Positions 46,316-54,219 of a DNA stretch of 54,219 nucleotides are shown piece by piece. The notes under the pieces are model-generated. The model was not told the origin of the DNA, did no database searches, and saw only the letters and a list, made by a program, of their open reading frames with translations. Origin of the DNA: a virus (lineage: Duplodnaviria; Caudoviricetes); the IMG/VR virus record IMGVR_UViG_3300045257_000227, positions 1 through 54,219 of that record. One strand, 5' to 3'. Position 1 is the first letter of the stretch. Every line of letters starts with the position of its first letter. The translations under genes and the position numbers were made by a program.

Positions 46316-46386
46316 ACTTTGCACCAGACTGAGCCTATTTGTCAACAGAATAATAAGTACATTATAATGGCATTATAATGCCATTA
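46316..46386 (-). promoter_or_regulatory. Promoter plus palindromic operator-like array
   Basis: TTGACA-N18-CAAAGT on the minus strand; perfect 22-bp palindrome TAATGGCATTATAATGCCATTA (46365-46386) and CATTATAATG twice. Confidence 0.65.
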
Positions 46387-48834
46387 ATTCCGTGACGCCT
46401 TTTCCTTGGGCTGATGCTCCGCTTCATGCAGCCGCGTAATCGCGTCCAGCGTCGCCTTGATTGACTCGTGCATGATGTCGTGCTGCGTCTCGATTGCCTT
46501 GCGCCGAAGGTCGGCCTCGACTTGGGCATTCAGCCTGGCCTGCTCCGCGTCAAACGCCTGTTGCGATTGCTGCATGTTCTGCGCGTGTTGCTGGCCCTTC
46601 ATCTGCATTTGCTGCGCGGCTTTCGCAGCCTTCGGGTCAGCCTGCTCTGGACTCATCTGTGACGGGGGCAAACCGAGCATTTGCAGCACGGCGTTTTTGG
46701 TATCGGGGTTCAGGTCTTTAAACGAGAGCGATATGGCTTCGTGCAGGCTCCCGGCCTTTTGCTTCTCCGTGAGTCTCTGTCCGAAAGCCTTGACCTCGTT
46801 CATCAGTTTTCCAAGCCCGTCGCCGAAAACTTTGACCGCCTGTTTTTGCTGCGGATCGCCAGCCAGGACTTTAAGCGCTTCTGTCACGCTCTGCCCGACG
46901 GTGGCCAACCCAACAACTTCTGTCATGGTGCCCATTCCGTCCGTCCCCTGAATGCGCTGGACAACCGCCCCCATCATTTTCAGAAGTTGGCCGGTGTATC
47001 CCAAAAGGTCAACGCCCGTAACTGGGGCGGTCTTGATACCCATCATCATCGTTCCGAACAATCCTTCGGCGGCGCGTGAACCTGACGAGGACTGGGGCGG
47101 CACTGACGGCACCAACATCAACGCTTTCGCCGGGTCGTCCAACATGCTTTGAGTGGCCAGACGCAAAATGTTTTGCTGACTCTCGGGACCGAACATCGTC
47201 TTGACGGAAAGCAGCCAAAGCGCCTGTTGTTGGGCGACACTCTTGTCCCCGCCGCCAAGCACGCGCTCCGGCGTCGTTTTCCACGCCTTCGCGTTCTTCA
47301 CGATCTCCGCCGGGATGCCTTCCTTGATGCAACGCTCCTGAAAATCCTTCACGTCCGGGTCAATAGACGTGCCATCGCAGAACCGGCGCTTGAGTTCGTC
47401 GTAGTAAAAGCCCTCCTGCAAATACATCGTTTGCAGCATGGCCGACACCAAGGCCGTAGCTTGGTTCAACCGAATCATGGCTTCCTTGGCTGTCATCTGC
47501 TTCTCTCCGCCCCGGTCAGGCGACGACACGTAGGACGACGACGATTGCGCCAGAATTGAGTCCATCTGTGACATGGCATCGCCAACCAACGCTTCGTTGA
47601 TTTCATGCCGTTGCGCCTGGGGAACGATTTCCAACCCTTCCTCGATGAAACCGTATTGGGACAGGACTTGCTGCTTGAGCCGCGCCCGGTCTGCCGGGTC
47701 TTTGATGCGGAAATACATCTTGAGATTCTCGAAAGCCGCCTGCACAAACTCACAGCGAAGCCGGTTCAACGTCTCGATGGGTGCGTACAGGTCAACGCCC
47801 AACCCGCGCACGGCATGATACTTGGCCGGCGGCACAAAGTTGGAGTCACCGTACTGCACGTTGATGATTTGGGAAATGTCGTCCGCGAACGGTTCGCCCG
47901 TCCCGTCGAACAGGAATTTCTTGTCTATGTCCTTTATCTTCCCGCCCGTGTTCTCTTTCAGGTAGATGACGCGATACCATTTGTTCGGCTTGTCCATCTC
48001 CTGCCAGTAGAACGCCACGCATCTTACTTTCGGAATGGCATCCGAGTAATAGTACCCGGAGTTCTCGAAAAAGATTTGCTTCATCGCTTCCGGCTGGTCG
48101 CGCCAAGTGCTCGGGGTGCTCTCGTTGTAAAGGTCTTTCTGGCCTTCAAGAATCTGGTCAACCATTTCCTCGTTCCAACCCTTGATTTTGTTCTCGCCTT
48201 TCGCCATCTCAATGAGTTCCCCGATGACGAGGTACAGGTTGGCCGCGAAATACCGGAGATTAGAGAAGTCACACTTGGTTTCGGTCGGTATAAGCAAATC
48301 CTCCAAGGCGACAAAGCGCGGCATCAACTTGAATTGATTCATCCACATCATCGCGCCGATGCCGTGCAAGGTCACCGACTTGTTGCGGTCGGACAGGAGG
48401 AAGAAGTTTTTACGGCCGCTGATTCCCTCTTGCAAGGGCCGGTGCATGTTCTTCGTGAACACCTGTCCCCAGGTATCCCGCTTGTCTATCTGCCCTTCCA
48501 GACACGAGCATTGAAACAGCGTGCCGGGGTGCATGAAAGCGTTGTTCAACTGCGAGTTGGCGTCCCGCATGATGCGTTTGCCTTCGCCCCAGTTGACGTT
48601 GATGTTTATATTAAACTTCTCCTCCTCCTCTTTCGTGTAGGGACGCTGGCCGTTGAAAAGCACGTTTATATTTGACCTGTCTGCCGCGCGATCATCTTCG
48701 ATTTCTTGCATAGCCTTCACTACGTTTTGAACCTGCGAAGGACTACCGAATTCGGTTTTCCTTTTCTTCTTCTCCGCTCCCGAAGGTTCGCTGCCTTTAG
48801 GTGCTGTTCGTTTTTTATTGTCGTCTTCGGCCAT
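46384..48834 (-). CDS. Portal protein (P22/T7-like podovirus type)
   Basis: 816 aa; ININWGE, VTLHGIG, RGLG, MTAKEA.IR motifs and a Q-rich barrel-like C-terminus. Confidence 0.82.
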   Translation of the reverse strand: MAEDDNKKRTAPKGSEPSGAEKKKRKTEFGSPSQVQNVVKAMQEIEDDRAADRSNINVLFNGQRPYTKEEEEKFNININVNWGEGKRIMRDANSQLNNAFMHPGTLFQCSCLEGQIDKRDTWGQVFTKNMHRPLQEGISGRKNFFLLSDRNKSVTLHGIGAMMWMNQFKLMPRFVALEDLLIPTETKCDFSNLRYFAANLYLVIGELIEMAKGENKIKGWNEEMVDQILEGQKDLYNESTPSTWRDQPEAMKQIFFENSGYYYSDAIPKVRCVAFYWQEMDKPNKWYRVIYLKENTGGKIKDIDKKFLFDGTGEPFADDISQIINVQYGDSNFVPPAKYHAVRGLGVDLYAPIETLNRLRCEFVQAAFENLKMYFRIKDPADRARLKQQVLSQYGFIEEGLEIVPQAQRHEINEALVGDAMSQMDSILAQSSSSYVSSPDRGGEKQMTAKEAMIRLNQATALVSAMLQTMYLQEGFYYDELKRRFCDGTSIDPDVKDFQERCIKEGIPAEIVKNAKAWKTTPERVLGGGDKSVAQQQALWLLSVKTMFGPESQQNILRLATQSMLDDPAKALMLVPSVPPQSSSGSRAAEGLFGTMMMGIKTAPVTGVDLLGYTGQLLKMMGAVVQRIQGTDGMGTMTEVVGLATVGQSVTEALKVLAGDPQQKQAVKVFGDGLGKLMNEVKAFGQRLTEKQKAGSLHEAISLSFKDLNPDTKNAVLQMLGLPPSQMSPEQADPKAAKAAQQMQMKGQQHAQNMQQSQQAFDAEQARLNAQVEADLRRKAIETQHDIMHESIKATLDAITRLHEAEHQPKEKASRN

Positions 48835-48856
48835 ATCGCTTAATGTGTTAATTGTT

Positions 48857-49408
48857 ATGAGACAACGCACAGTCCCAGCTATGAGCAAACGCGACTTGAA
48901 GCGCTTCCTGTTGAGGGTTAGGGTCGGAGAACGTCCAAAACACATGCCGCGCCTTGGGCATTGCATTAATTTTGTGGGGCACAAAGTTGGGACTGGATAT
49001 AGACATTTTAAAATCCGTAAGCACTCGTACTATGTCCATCGCCTTGCGTATAGGCATATTTTTGGACCGTTCAATAAAGACCTTGAGGTTTGCCACAGGT
49101 GTGACAACAAACAATGTGTAAATTACGAACATCTTTTCATAGGCACGCACGCTGACAACATGCACGACTTGAGAGACAAGGGGCTTCACCGTCCGGCCAA
49201 GGGAGATAAAAACGGCGCACGCAAACATCCAGAGATCAGACAGGGTTAGAACAACGGACGCCACAAGCTCACTGAACAGGAAGTAAAACAGATTCGCCGC
49301 TTGGTAAAGAATGGTGCCAGCCAAACGCAACTCGCCAGAACCTACCGGGTTGTAAAGCAAGCAATCTACCGGGTTGTGTGCCGGTGGTCTTGGCCGCATG
49401 TGGCTTAG
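48857..49408 (+). pseudogene. HNH homing endonuclease with in-frame TAG (49247-49249) before its C-terminal DNA-binding domain
   Basis: HRLAY...VCHRCDN..CVN..HL..GT...N. The frame continues RQG*NNGRHKLTEQEVKQIR...SQTQLARTY...W.HVA. Confidence 0.85.
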
Positions 49409-49410
49409 AT

Positions 49411-50106
49411 TCATTTTTTCTTCTCCACCTGCTCAAAACGCTCGCGCAAACTGGTGAGCAAAATGGCGTTCGGGTCTTTGTGGAGCATCACCGCCGTTTC
49501 CGCAACCTTAACATCTTCGCCCGAATATACAACCTCCTGCACGAGCCGCGTCTTGGTGGACTTCGGGATTATGACGCTTCCCGCGGCGCGATTGAACTGC
49601 TCATGCCCGTTGAGAAACGGCGCAAGGTCGTTGATGGCGTCCGCCGGGTAAACGGCAATCCGCGCCAGAAACAAGTCTTTCGACATGAGCCAGGAGCCGG
49701 AATAACGCTTCGGCTGGTCGTAATGCGCGGAAGCAATCGTTTCCAGCCAGCCGGGTTTCAACGGCACGGCGTCCGGTTCCAGCCAGAGCCACGGCACGCG
49801 GTAGGTCTTGGCGACGTGTTCGGCTGCCGTCTTGAACTGGGTGTTGACGCGCAGGTTCTTGCTGAAATCGGCCACGGGCGGCGCTTTTATGATTTCCACA
49901 TGGTCAAAGGCGACTTCGGCGGCGAGCTTCACGCGCGCCTCCATCTCGGCGTGAACGTCGGCGGCGACAACGAGCAAGGCATGGCCCTTGGACACGCGGC
50001 TGTTTTGGAGAAAGATGAAGTCGCACAGGTGTTCGGCGAGAATGCCGTCATTCGCGCAGAAGGAGAGGACACTCAGCATGAGGTTAGGGATGTTTTTGGG
50101 TTTCAT
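49411..50106 (-). CDS. Glycosyltransferase-like (GT-A) protein
   Basis: WLWLEPDAVPLKPGWL (ExD), IAVYP, VMLH. Confidence 0.55.
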   Translation of the reverse strand: MKPKNIPNLMLSVLSFCANDGILAEHLCDFIFLQNSRVSKGHALLVVAADVHAEMEARVKLAAEVAFDHVEIIKAPPVADFSKNLRVNTQFKTAAEHVAKTYRVPWLWLEPDAVPLKPGWLETIASAHYDQPKRYSGSWLMSKDLFLARIAVYPADAINDLAPFLNGHEQFNRAAGSVIIPKSTKTRLVQEVVYSGEDVKVAETAVMLHKDPNAILLTSLRERFEQVEKKK

Positions 50107-50470
50107 TGAATTCTTTTCGCATCCAGCAGTTGTCATCATATTTGGTGAGTTCATCGGTCGTCAGCCCCAGTCTGGTGATTGGAATGTGAATCTTCAAGCG
50201 CAGAACGCACCCGCACCCCGTACAATGGTGCAACAGCTTTTCGCCCAAGACGCGCAGTTCCAGTTTGTTCTTTAACTCGACCTGTTTTTGGATGGCGTCG
50301 GCAATCGCTCCCGTCGCCGGACTGCCCAGTTGGTTCATCGGGCAACGGATGCACACGTTTGCGCGCTTTTGGGCATCAAGCAACGGGATGGTCTGCGCGC
50401 CGGAGCCTAGCCACGCCGTTAGGGTGGACATTCCATCCTTTATTTGCTTTGCGCGGTCAATTAGGTTCAT
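50084..50470 (-). CDS. Cys-rich Zn-binding protein
   Basis: RANVCIRCP...CTGCGCVLRLK...CW. Confidence 0.8.
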   Translation of the reverse strand: MNLIDRAKQIKDGMSTLTAWLGSGAQTIPLLDAQKRANVCIRCPMNQLGSPATGAIADAIQKQVELKNKLELRVLGEKLLHHCTGCGCVLRLKIHIPITRLGLTTDELTKYDDNCWMRKEFNETQKHP

Positions 50471-50874
50471 GCAGAAAAGTCCTTTTTACAGCTTTGACAT
50501 GACCACGAGTTGATTTTAGCCCCGCCGCATGTCTGACAGTAAACCGGGATTAACGCCGTCCCGCACTCCGGGCATTTGCGCTCCGGCTGCGCCACGGCAG
50601 GCGCGGGCGCGGCTGGCGTGCTGTCCATGCAATACTCCGGGTTGAAACCGATACGCCGGCAGTTGAACTCCACCAGTTGTTGAACGACAAAGGCGTGGTT
50701 CGTCCATTCCGGTTCCGGGTAGATGCTCGGATTAGCGCGGCGGAAGGTGATTACCTGTTGCGCCCGTTCGTCGAGAAACGTATGCCCGTCATTCCACGTC
50801 GCGGCAGGCGTGCGCGGGTCGTCGTAGATAATCCCGCCCGGCATAAGCCCGGTGTTGTTGCGAATGGTCATCAT
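50467..50874 (-). CDS. Zn-ribbon protein
   Basis: PGG..Y.DP; CPECG...CQTCGG...CQSC. Confidence 0.8.
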   Translation of the reverse strand: MMTIRNNTGLMPGGIIYDDPRTPAATWNDGHTFLDERAQQVITFRRANPSIYPEPEWTNHAFVVQQLVEFNCRRIGFNPEYCMDSTPAAPAPAVAQPERKCPECGTALIPVYCQTCGGAKINSWSCQSCKKDFSA

Positions 50875-52103
50875 TGGTCGATCATCTCCTTCACCGCCTC
50901 GTCCAGCGAGTCGGCCTCGGTTTCAATGTCAAACCCCTTCACCTGTTCGGCCATCTCCTTGCACTTGGCAACCGTTTCCTCCGGCGTGTTGCCCAGGGCG
51001 ACGACGCTGCCGACCTGCGACATGTTAGCCAGTTGTGGCACGGCGTAGTCCATGCCGTTGATTCGGCAATGGTTGTAAATCTTCACGAACGGCCTGATTT
51101 CTTCGGGGAACTGCAACGGCTGATATTTGCCCGAGGCGTACCATTCGGACGTGAGGATGATTTGAGCACCATACTTGAACTTGGTCACCGGGTTGACGAG
51201 CTTGCCGTCAGCCCCTTCCCAAAGTATCTCAGCCAAGTTCTCGAACATGGTCGTTTCGACTTCACCAGCCGGGGACGGAAAACGACAGGTCAAATCAATC
51301 AGATACGCCTTTTTGCCTTTCTCGCGGATCTCCGTCGAGAAGAATTGGCGGTATTGGAACTTTTTGATGACTCCGGCCAAGGCGTCATTCACCTTTCGGA
51401 CGTTCTCCGGCAGGTCGTCATAGTCGCAGAGCCGACCAAAGTAAGACCTGTCCTTTTTCTCAATGCCAACAATCGCCTTGTCGGGGAACTGGCCGTCGAT
51501 GCAATAGCCGTCGTACCCGATCTCGGTCGCGTCGGGAATGGACTCCTCGACAATGAATTGAATCACGTCGGCCAACGGGCCGCACTTGTCCGCTATTTCG
51601 CGCAACATGCCTTCGGCCATCTCGATGTTCGGGGAATGCCACGTCTCACCGATGCCCCGGTACATGGAAACTTTGACGAACTGGTCGGGATGCTTTTCCA
51701 GATAGGTGCGGAGTTCGGCAACGCCGGTCACCAGTGCCGCCTTGTTCTGGTCCAGCCCGACATCTGGCAATAGTGCGTGCGTCTGCCAGCGTTTCAATTC
51801 CAGTTCCGCGCCGTTGCCCGCGCCCCACACGCGGAAGCCGCGGCGCCGCAGAAACTCCTGCATGTCACCATGCCAGCAATCAGGAAAGATAATCAGGTCG
51901 TAGTCCTCGATTTTGTCCCAAAGATATTTGACGCGCTCAACGCCTTCGATGCCTTCCCCGATGACGAGCTCGCGCCCGTCGGGAAAACCGGACATCCAAT
52001 CGTAGTAATAGCCGACCTTGCCGAAGTCGCGGGAGAGGCGCTCAGCGAGGGACACGAACAAGCCGTTATCAATTATCAGGCACGATTTGTCGGAAAGGTT
52101 CAC
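50871..52103 (-). CDS. PurD (GARS)-like ATP-grasp ligase
   Basis: VWGAG..AELELKR, FVK, FIVEESI...EIGYDG, LIDLTCRFPSP. Confidence 0.8.
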   Translation of the reverse strand: MNLSDKSCLIIDNGLFVSLAERLSRDFGKVGYYYDWMSGFPDGRELVIGEGIEGVERVKYLWDKIEDYDLIIFPDCWHGDMQEFLRRRGFRVWGAGNGAELELKRWQTHALLPDVGLDQNKAALVTGVAELRTYLEKHPDQFVKVSMYRGIGETWHSPNIEMAEGMLREIADKCGPLADVIQFIVEESIPDATEIGYDGYCIDGQFPDKAIVGIEKKDRSYFGRLCDYDDLPENVRKVNDALAGVIKKFQYRQFFSTEIREKGKKAYLIDLTCRFPSPAGEVETTMFENLAEILWEGADGKLVNPVTKFKYGAQIILTSEWYASGKYQPLQFPEEIRPFVKIYNHCRINGMDYAVPQLANMSQVGSVVALGNTPEETVAKCKEMAEQVKGFDIETEADSLDEAVKEMIDQ

Positions 52104-52480
52104 GGTAATTTGTTGATGGCTTCTTCGTATTCCGTCCAGTCAACGCCCAACTCCGCCGCCATCAGGCGTTCGATGTTCGTCGCAAAGAAATGCTCCTCTC
52201 GGTAAGGAGCTTCCGGCGCATCGCCTGGCTCGCTGGTGTCCCCGTCCGGTCGGGTCTTCTCGTAGGCTTTGTCAAACTCGTCAACCATGCGGGTAGTGAT
52301 GCCGCGCTGCTCGCAAAGCGTCACTTCAATGAGTTCGTGGAGGGCGACGAGTAATGCAAAATTGTAGCCTATTTCGTGGCTGACGTTGATACGCAAGGTT
52401 CCACTGGCGTCGCGCCTCCAATCCCCGACAGTGGGGTATGGCTGTTCAGCGTGCGGGATTGTTTCTATGACGATTTTCAA
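52100..52480 (-). CDS. HExxE/H metallo-hydrolase-like protein
   Basis: YPTVGDW...VALHELIE...EPGD...APY..EH.FA..IE; probable TTG start at 52480. Confidence 0.7.
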   Translation of the reverse strand: MKIVIETIPHAEQPYPTVGDWRRDASGTLRINVSHEIGYNFALLVALHELIEVTLCEQRGITTRMVDEFDKAYEKTRPDGDTSEPGDAPEAPYREEHFFATNIERLMAAELGVDWTEYEEAINKLP

Positions 52481-52588
52481 TGGTTTTCGGGGGTGGTAGT
52501 TTCTTGTTTTTGCATCGCCTCTGCAACCGCCAAAGGTCAATGGCGGCTTGCTTGGCGCTCGGAGTAGCGACGGTTTCTCGAAAGGAGT

Positions 52589-54219
52589 TCATTCTTGCAT
52601 CACGTTCTTTTTGGGCACGTCGTTACGCAGCCACGGCAGGCCGGTTTCAATGTGTTGCCAAAGTGTCTGCGGTTTGCGCGGCATAGTCTCTCCGCCCTTG
52701 GCCTTGTCCTGGTACGAGGCAAACCATTGGAGAGCTTGCGGGACCGCAATCCCTTTCAACGTCTCACCGAGGAACGCGCTGCGCTCATTCCCGTTGAACA
52801 GCTTCGGCAGTTCACCGAACATCTCGCGCACGAAAGGCACTTCTTCGGCCAACCCCAGTGCACCGGCCATCAGCCCCGCCGGGATGCCCTGTTTCTGTCC
52901 CCGTAATTTGGAGTCGGCCACACGCCGGATGGTCGCCCCGAGTTGCAGGGTTTCCAGCAAGGGATTGTGGAGGAGATAGCTCGGAACTTGCCAGTCGCCG
53001 ATTTTGATACTGCCGATTTTCACGTCTTTGGGGTCACGCTTCTGTCCGGAAACGTAATACCCGCCGATGAAGTTGGGAAGCAAAAATCCGGTGAGCATCA
53101 TGGCCGCGCCCAAGCTGCCCTTTTTGAGATGGCGCATGATCATGTCCGCCTCCTCGGGTTTAAGGGTGTCGATGCCGTTGGAGAGAGCGTGCGCCAGTTT
53201 CGCGCCGCCGGACAGCGAGCCAAAGGCGTAGGTGAACGTCTCGGCGACGAGGTTGGTCGGCACGCGCACGATGGGGAGGACCGTCCGGGCCACGGTGCCC
53301 AGGACTTTACCGCCGACGGACGGCTTTCCAGTTGCCTTGTTTTTGGCCTCGATACCCGCCAGCCACATTTTGTAGGCCGTGACTACCCGGTTGTCTTGCA
53401 GGAAGATTGACCGATTCGCGTCCTTGTACGCCGCTACCGCCGCCTCGGTCTGTACCATCGGGTCGGACGTGTCCACCCCGTCGCGCATCGCCGCAGCAAT
53501 GCGTTTCTCGAAAGAACGCGTGAATTCCGCCCGTTTGGTAGGTGCTTTCAATGCCGCGTGCAACTGGCCGAAAAAGTCAATCACGCTGCGCGGCAGGATC
53601 ATGGACTCCCTGACGTACCCTTCCCGACCGCCGCCGTAGAGAACGTCCAGTTCGGTCTGTCCGGTCATCATGGCGTCCGCCGCGTCCTTCATGCCGGTCG
53701 TGAAAGCCTCGGTGATGGCTTTGGCTTCCGCCTGGGTGTTGAACCCGCCTTCGCGCTTGGCTTTCGACGCCAAGCCGGGGAACGCCTTGGAGAAACCGGC
53801 GCCGATAGCTTCCTCGGCAGGAGTGAACGCCATGCGCTGCACCGCCGCGCTCGTCAGCTTGGCGAGTGTGATGGGCGATGACAGGATGAAGCCCCGGCGC
53901 CACTTGACGAACGTGTCCGCCGCCTTCTCCCACCAAGGCCGGTTTTTCAGCCGGTCTTGCAGCAAACCGCGCTGGTATTTTTGTTTGGCCGTTTCCAACC
54001 GTGTTTTTAACTCCTTGGCTCTAACATCATAGATTAAGGGTTGACGAACAGGGCGCGGACTGAAATCGCCGTCGGCCAGTTTCTTCTCCAACTCGTCGGC
54101 GCGCGTCTGCATCCGCCGTTTCAACTCGTCGAGAGACGATTTTAGCTGTGTTTCCGGGTCGGTGACCGGAATTTGGAACTTGCGCTTGGCCTCGTTCACC
54201 AGGCGGATCAGGCGGGATT
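52589..54219 (-). CDS. C-terminal part of the giant DarB-like protein (continues from window start)
   Basis: Open to the window edge and in frame with 8912 ATG across the 127-bp overlap; helical polyvalent-protein-like C-terminus. Confidence 0.88.
   Translation of the reverse strand, partial: SRLIRLVNEAKRKFQIPVTDPETQLKSSLDELKRRMQTRADELEKKLADGDFSPRPVRQPLIYDVRAKELKTRLETAKQKYQRGLLQDRLKNRPWWEKAADTFVKWRRGFILSSPITLAKLTSAAVQRMAFTPAEEAIGAGFSKAFPGLASKAKREGGFNTQAEAKAITEAFTTGMKDAADAMMTGQTELDVLYGGGREGYVRESMILPRSVIDFFGQLHAALKAPTKRAEFTRSFEKRIAAAMRDGVDTSDPMVQTEAAVAAYKDANRSIFLQDNRVVTAYKMWLAGIEAKNKATGKPSVGGKVLGTVARTVLPIVRVPTNLVAETFTYAFGSLSGGAKLAHALSNGIDTLKPEEADMIMRHLKKGSLGAAMMLTGFLLPNFIGGYYVSGQKRDPKDVKIGSIKIGDWQVPSYLLHNPLLETLQLGATIRRVADSKLRGQKQGIPAGLMAGALGLAEEVPFVREMFGELPKLFNGNERSAFLGETLKGIAVPQALQWFASYQDKAKGGETMPRKPQTLWQHIETGLPWLRNDVPKKNVMQE
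54093..54219. repeat. 127-bp terminal direct repeat (circularisation overlap)
   Basis: Identical to 1-127. Confidence 0.95.

Noticed and set aside
48835-48984. N-terminal extension of the portal ORF
   Set aside because: It overlaps the antisense HNH gene; ATG 48834 is the more plausible start.
49247-49249. Genome-wide TAG recoding
   Set aside because: TAG ends several tightly packed genes (10583, 19277, 20006, 37483), other genes are not fragmented, and no suppressor tRNA was seen.
52447-52592. Short ORF ATGA-coupled to the giant gene's stop
   Set aside because: It is under 50 codons, has no motif and overlaps the next gene; possible but unsupported.

Overview
This window is an apparently complete, circular ~54 kb genome of a podovirus-like tailed phage. 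The 127-bp sequence at 1-127 recurs at 127-253 and 54093-54219, which is most likely assembly overlap, so the true circle is about 53,966 bp. It encodes terminase large and probable small subunits, portal, probable scaffold, major capsid, adaptor/nozzle-like tail proteins and Gln-rich ejection-type proteins. A ~3,430-aa DarB-like protein (N6-adenine MTase plus strawberry-notch SF2 helicase) spans the contig junction and is missing from the ORF track. Other genes include a DnaB_N/AAA_25 helicase, ERF plus RecE-like recombinase, RusA, GroES, four glycosyltransferase-like genes, a PurD-like ATP-grasp enzyme and an HNH gene broken by an amber stop. I saw no integrase, DNA polymerase, tRNA, CRISPR or recognisable endolysin. 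Protein motifs suggest a verrucomicrobial (PVC) host, which is an inference. The most unusual signals are: (1) two divergent promoters whose leaders share one RNA architecture (hairpin loop complementary to the internal loop of a long stem, plus a leader ATG and AACGAAATT); (2) a tandem family of small Cys-rich proteins sharing a 'CFQCL...LLCQ' module behind the capsid gene; (3) an RBS-bearing gene overprinted inside the giant gene; and (4) a possible virion-modification cluster. All family assignments come from motif recognition by eye, not database searches.
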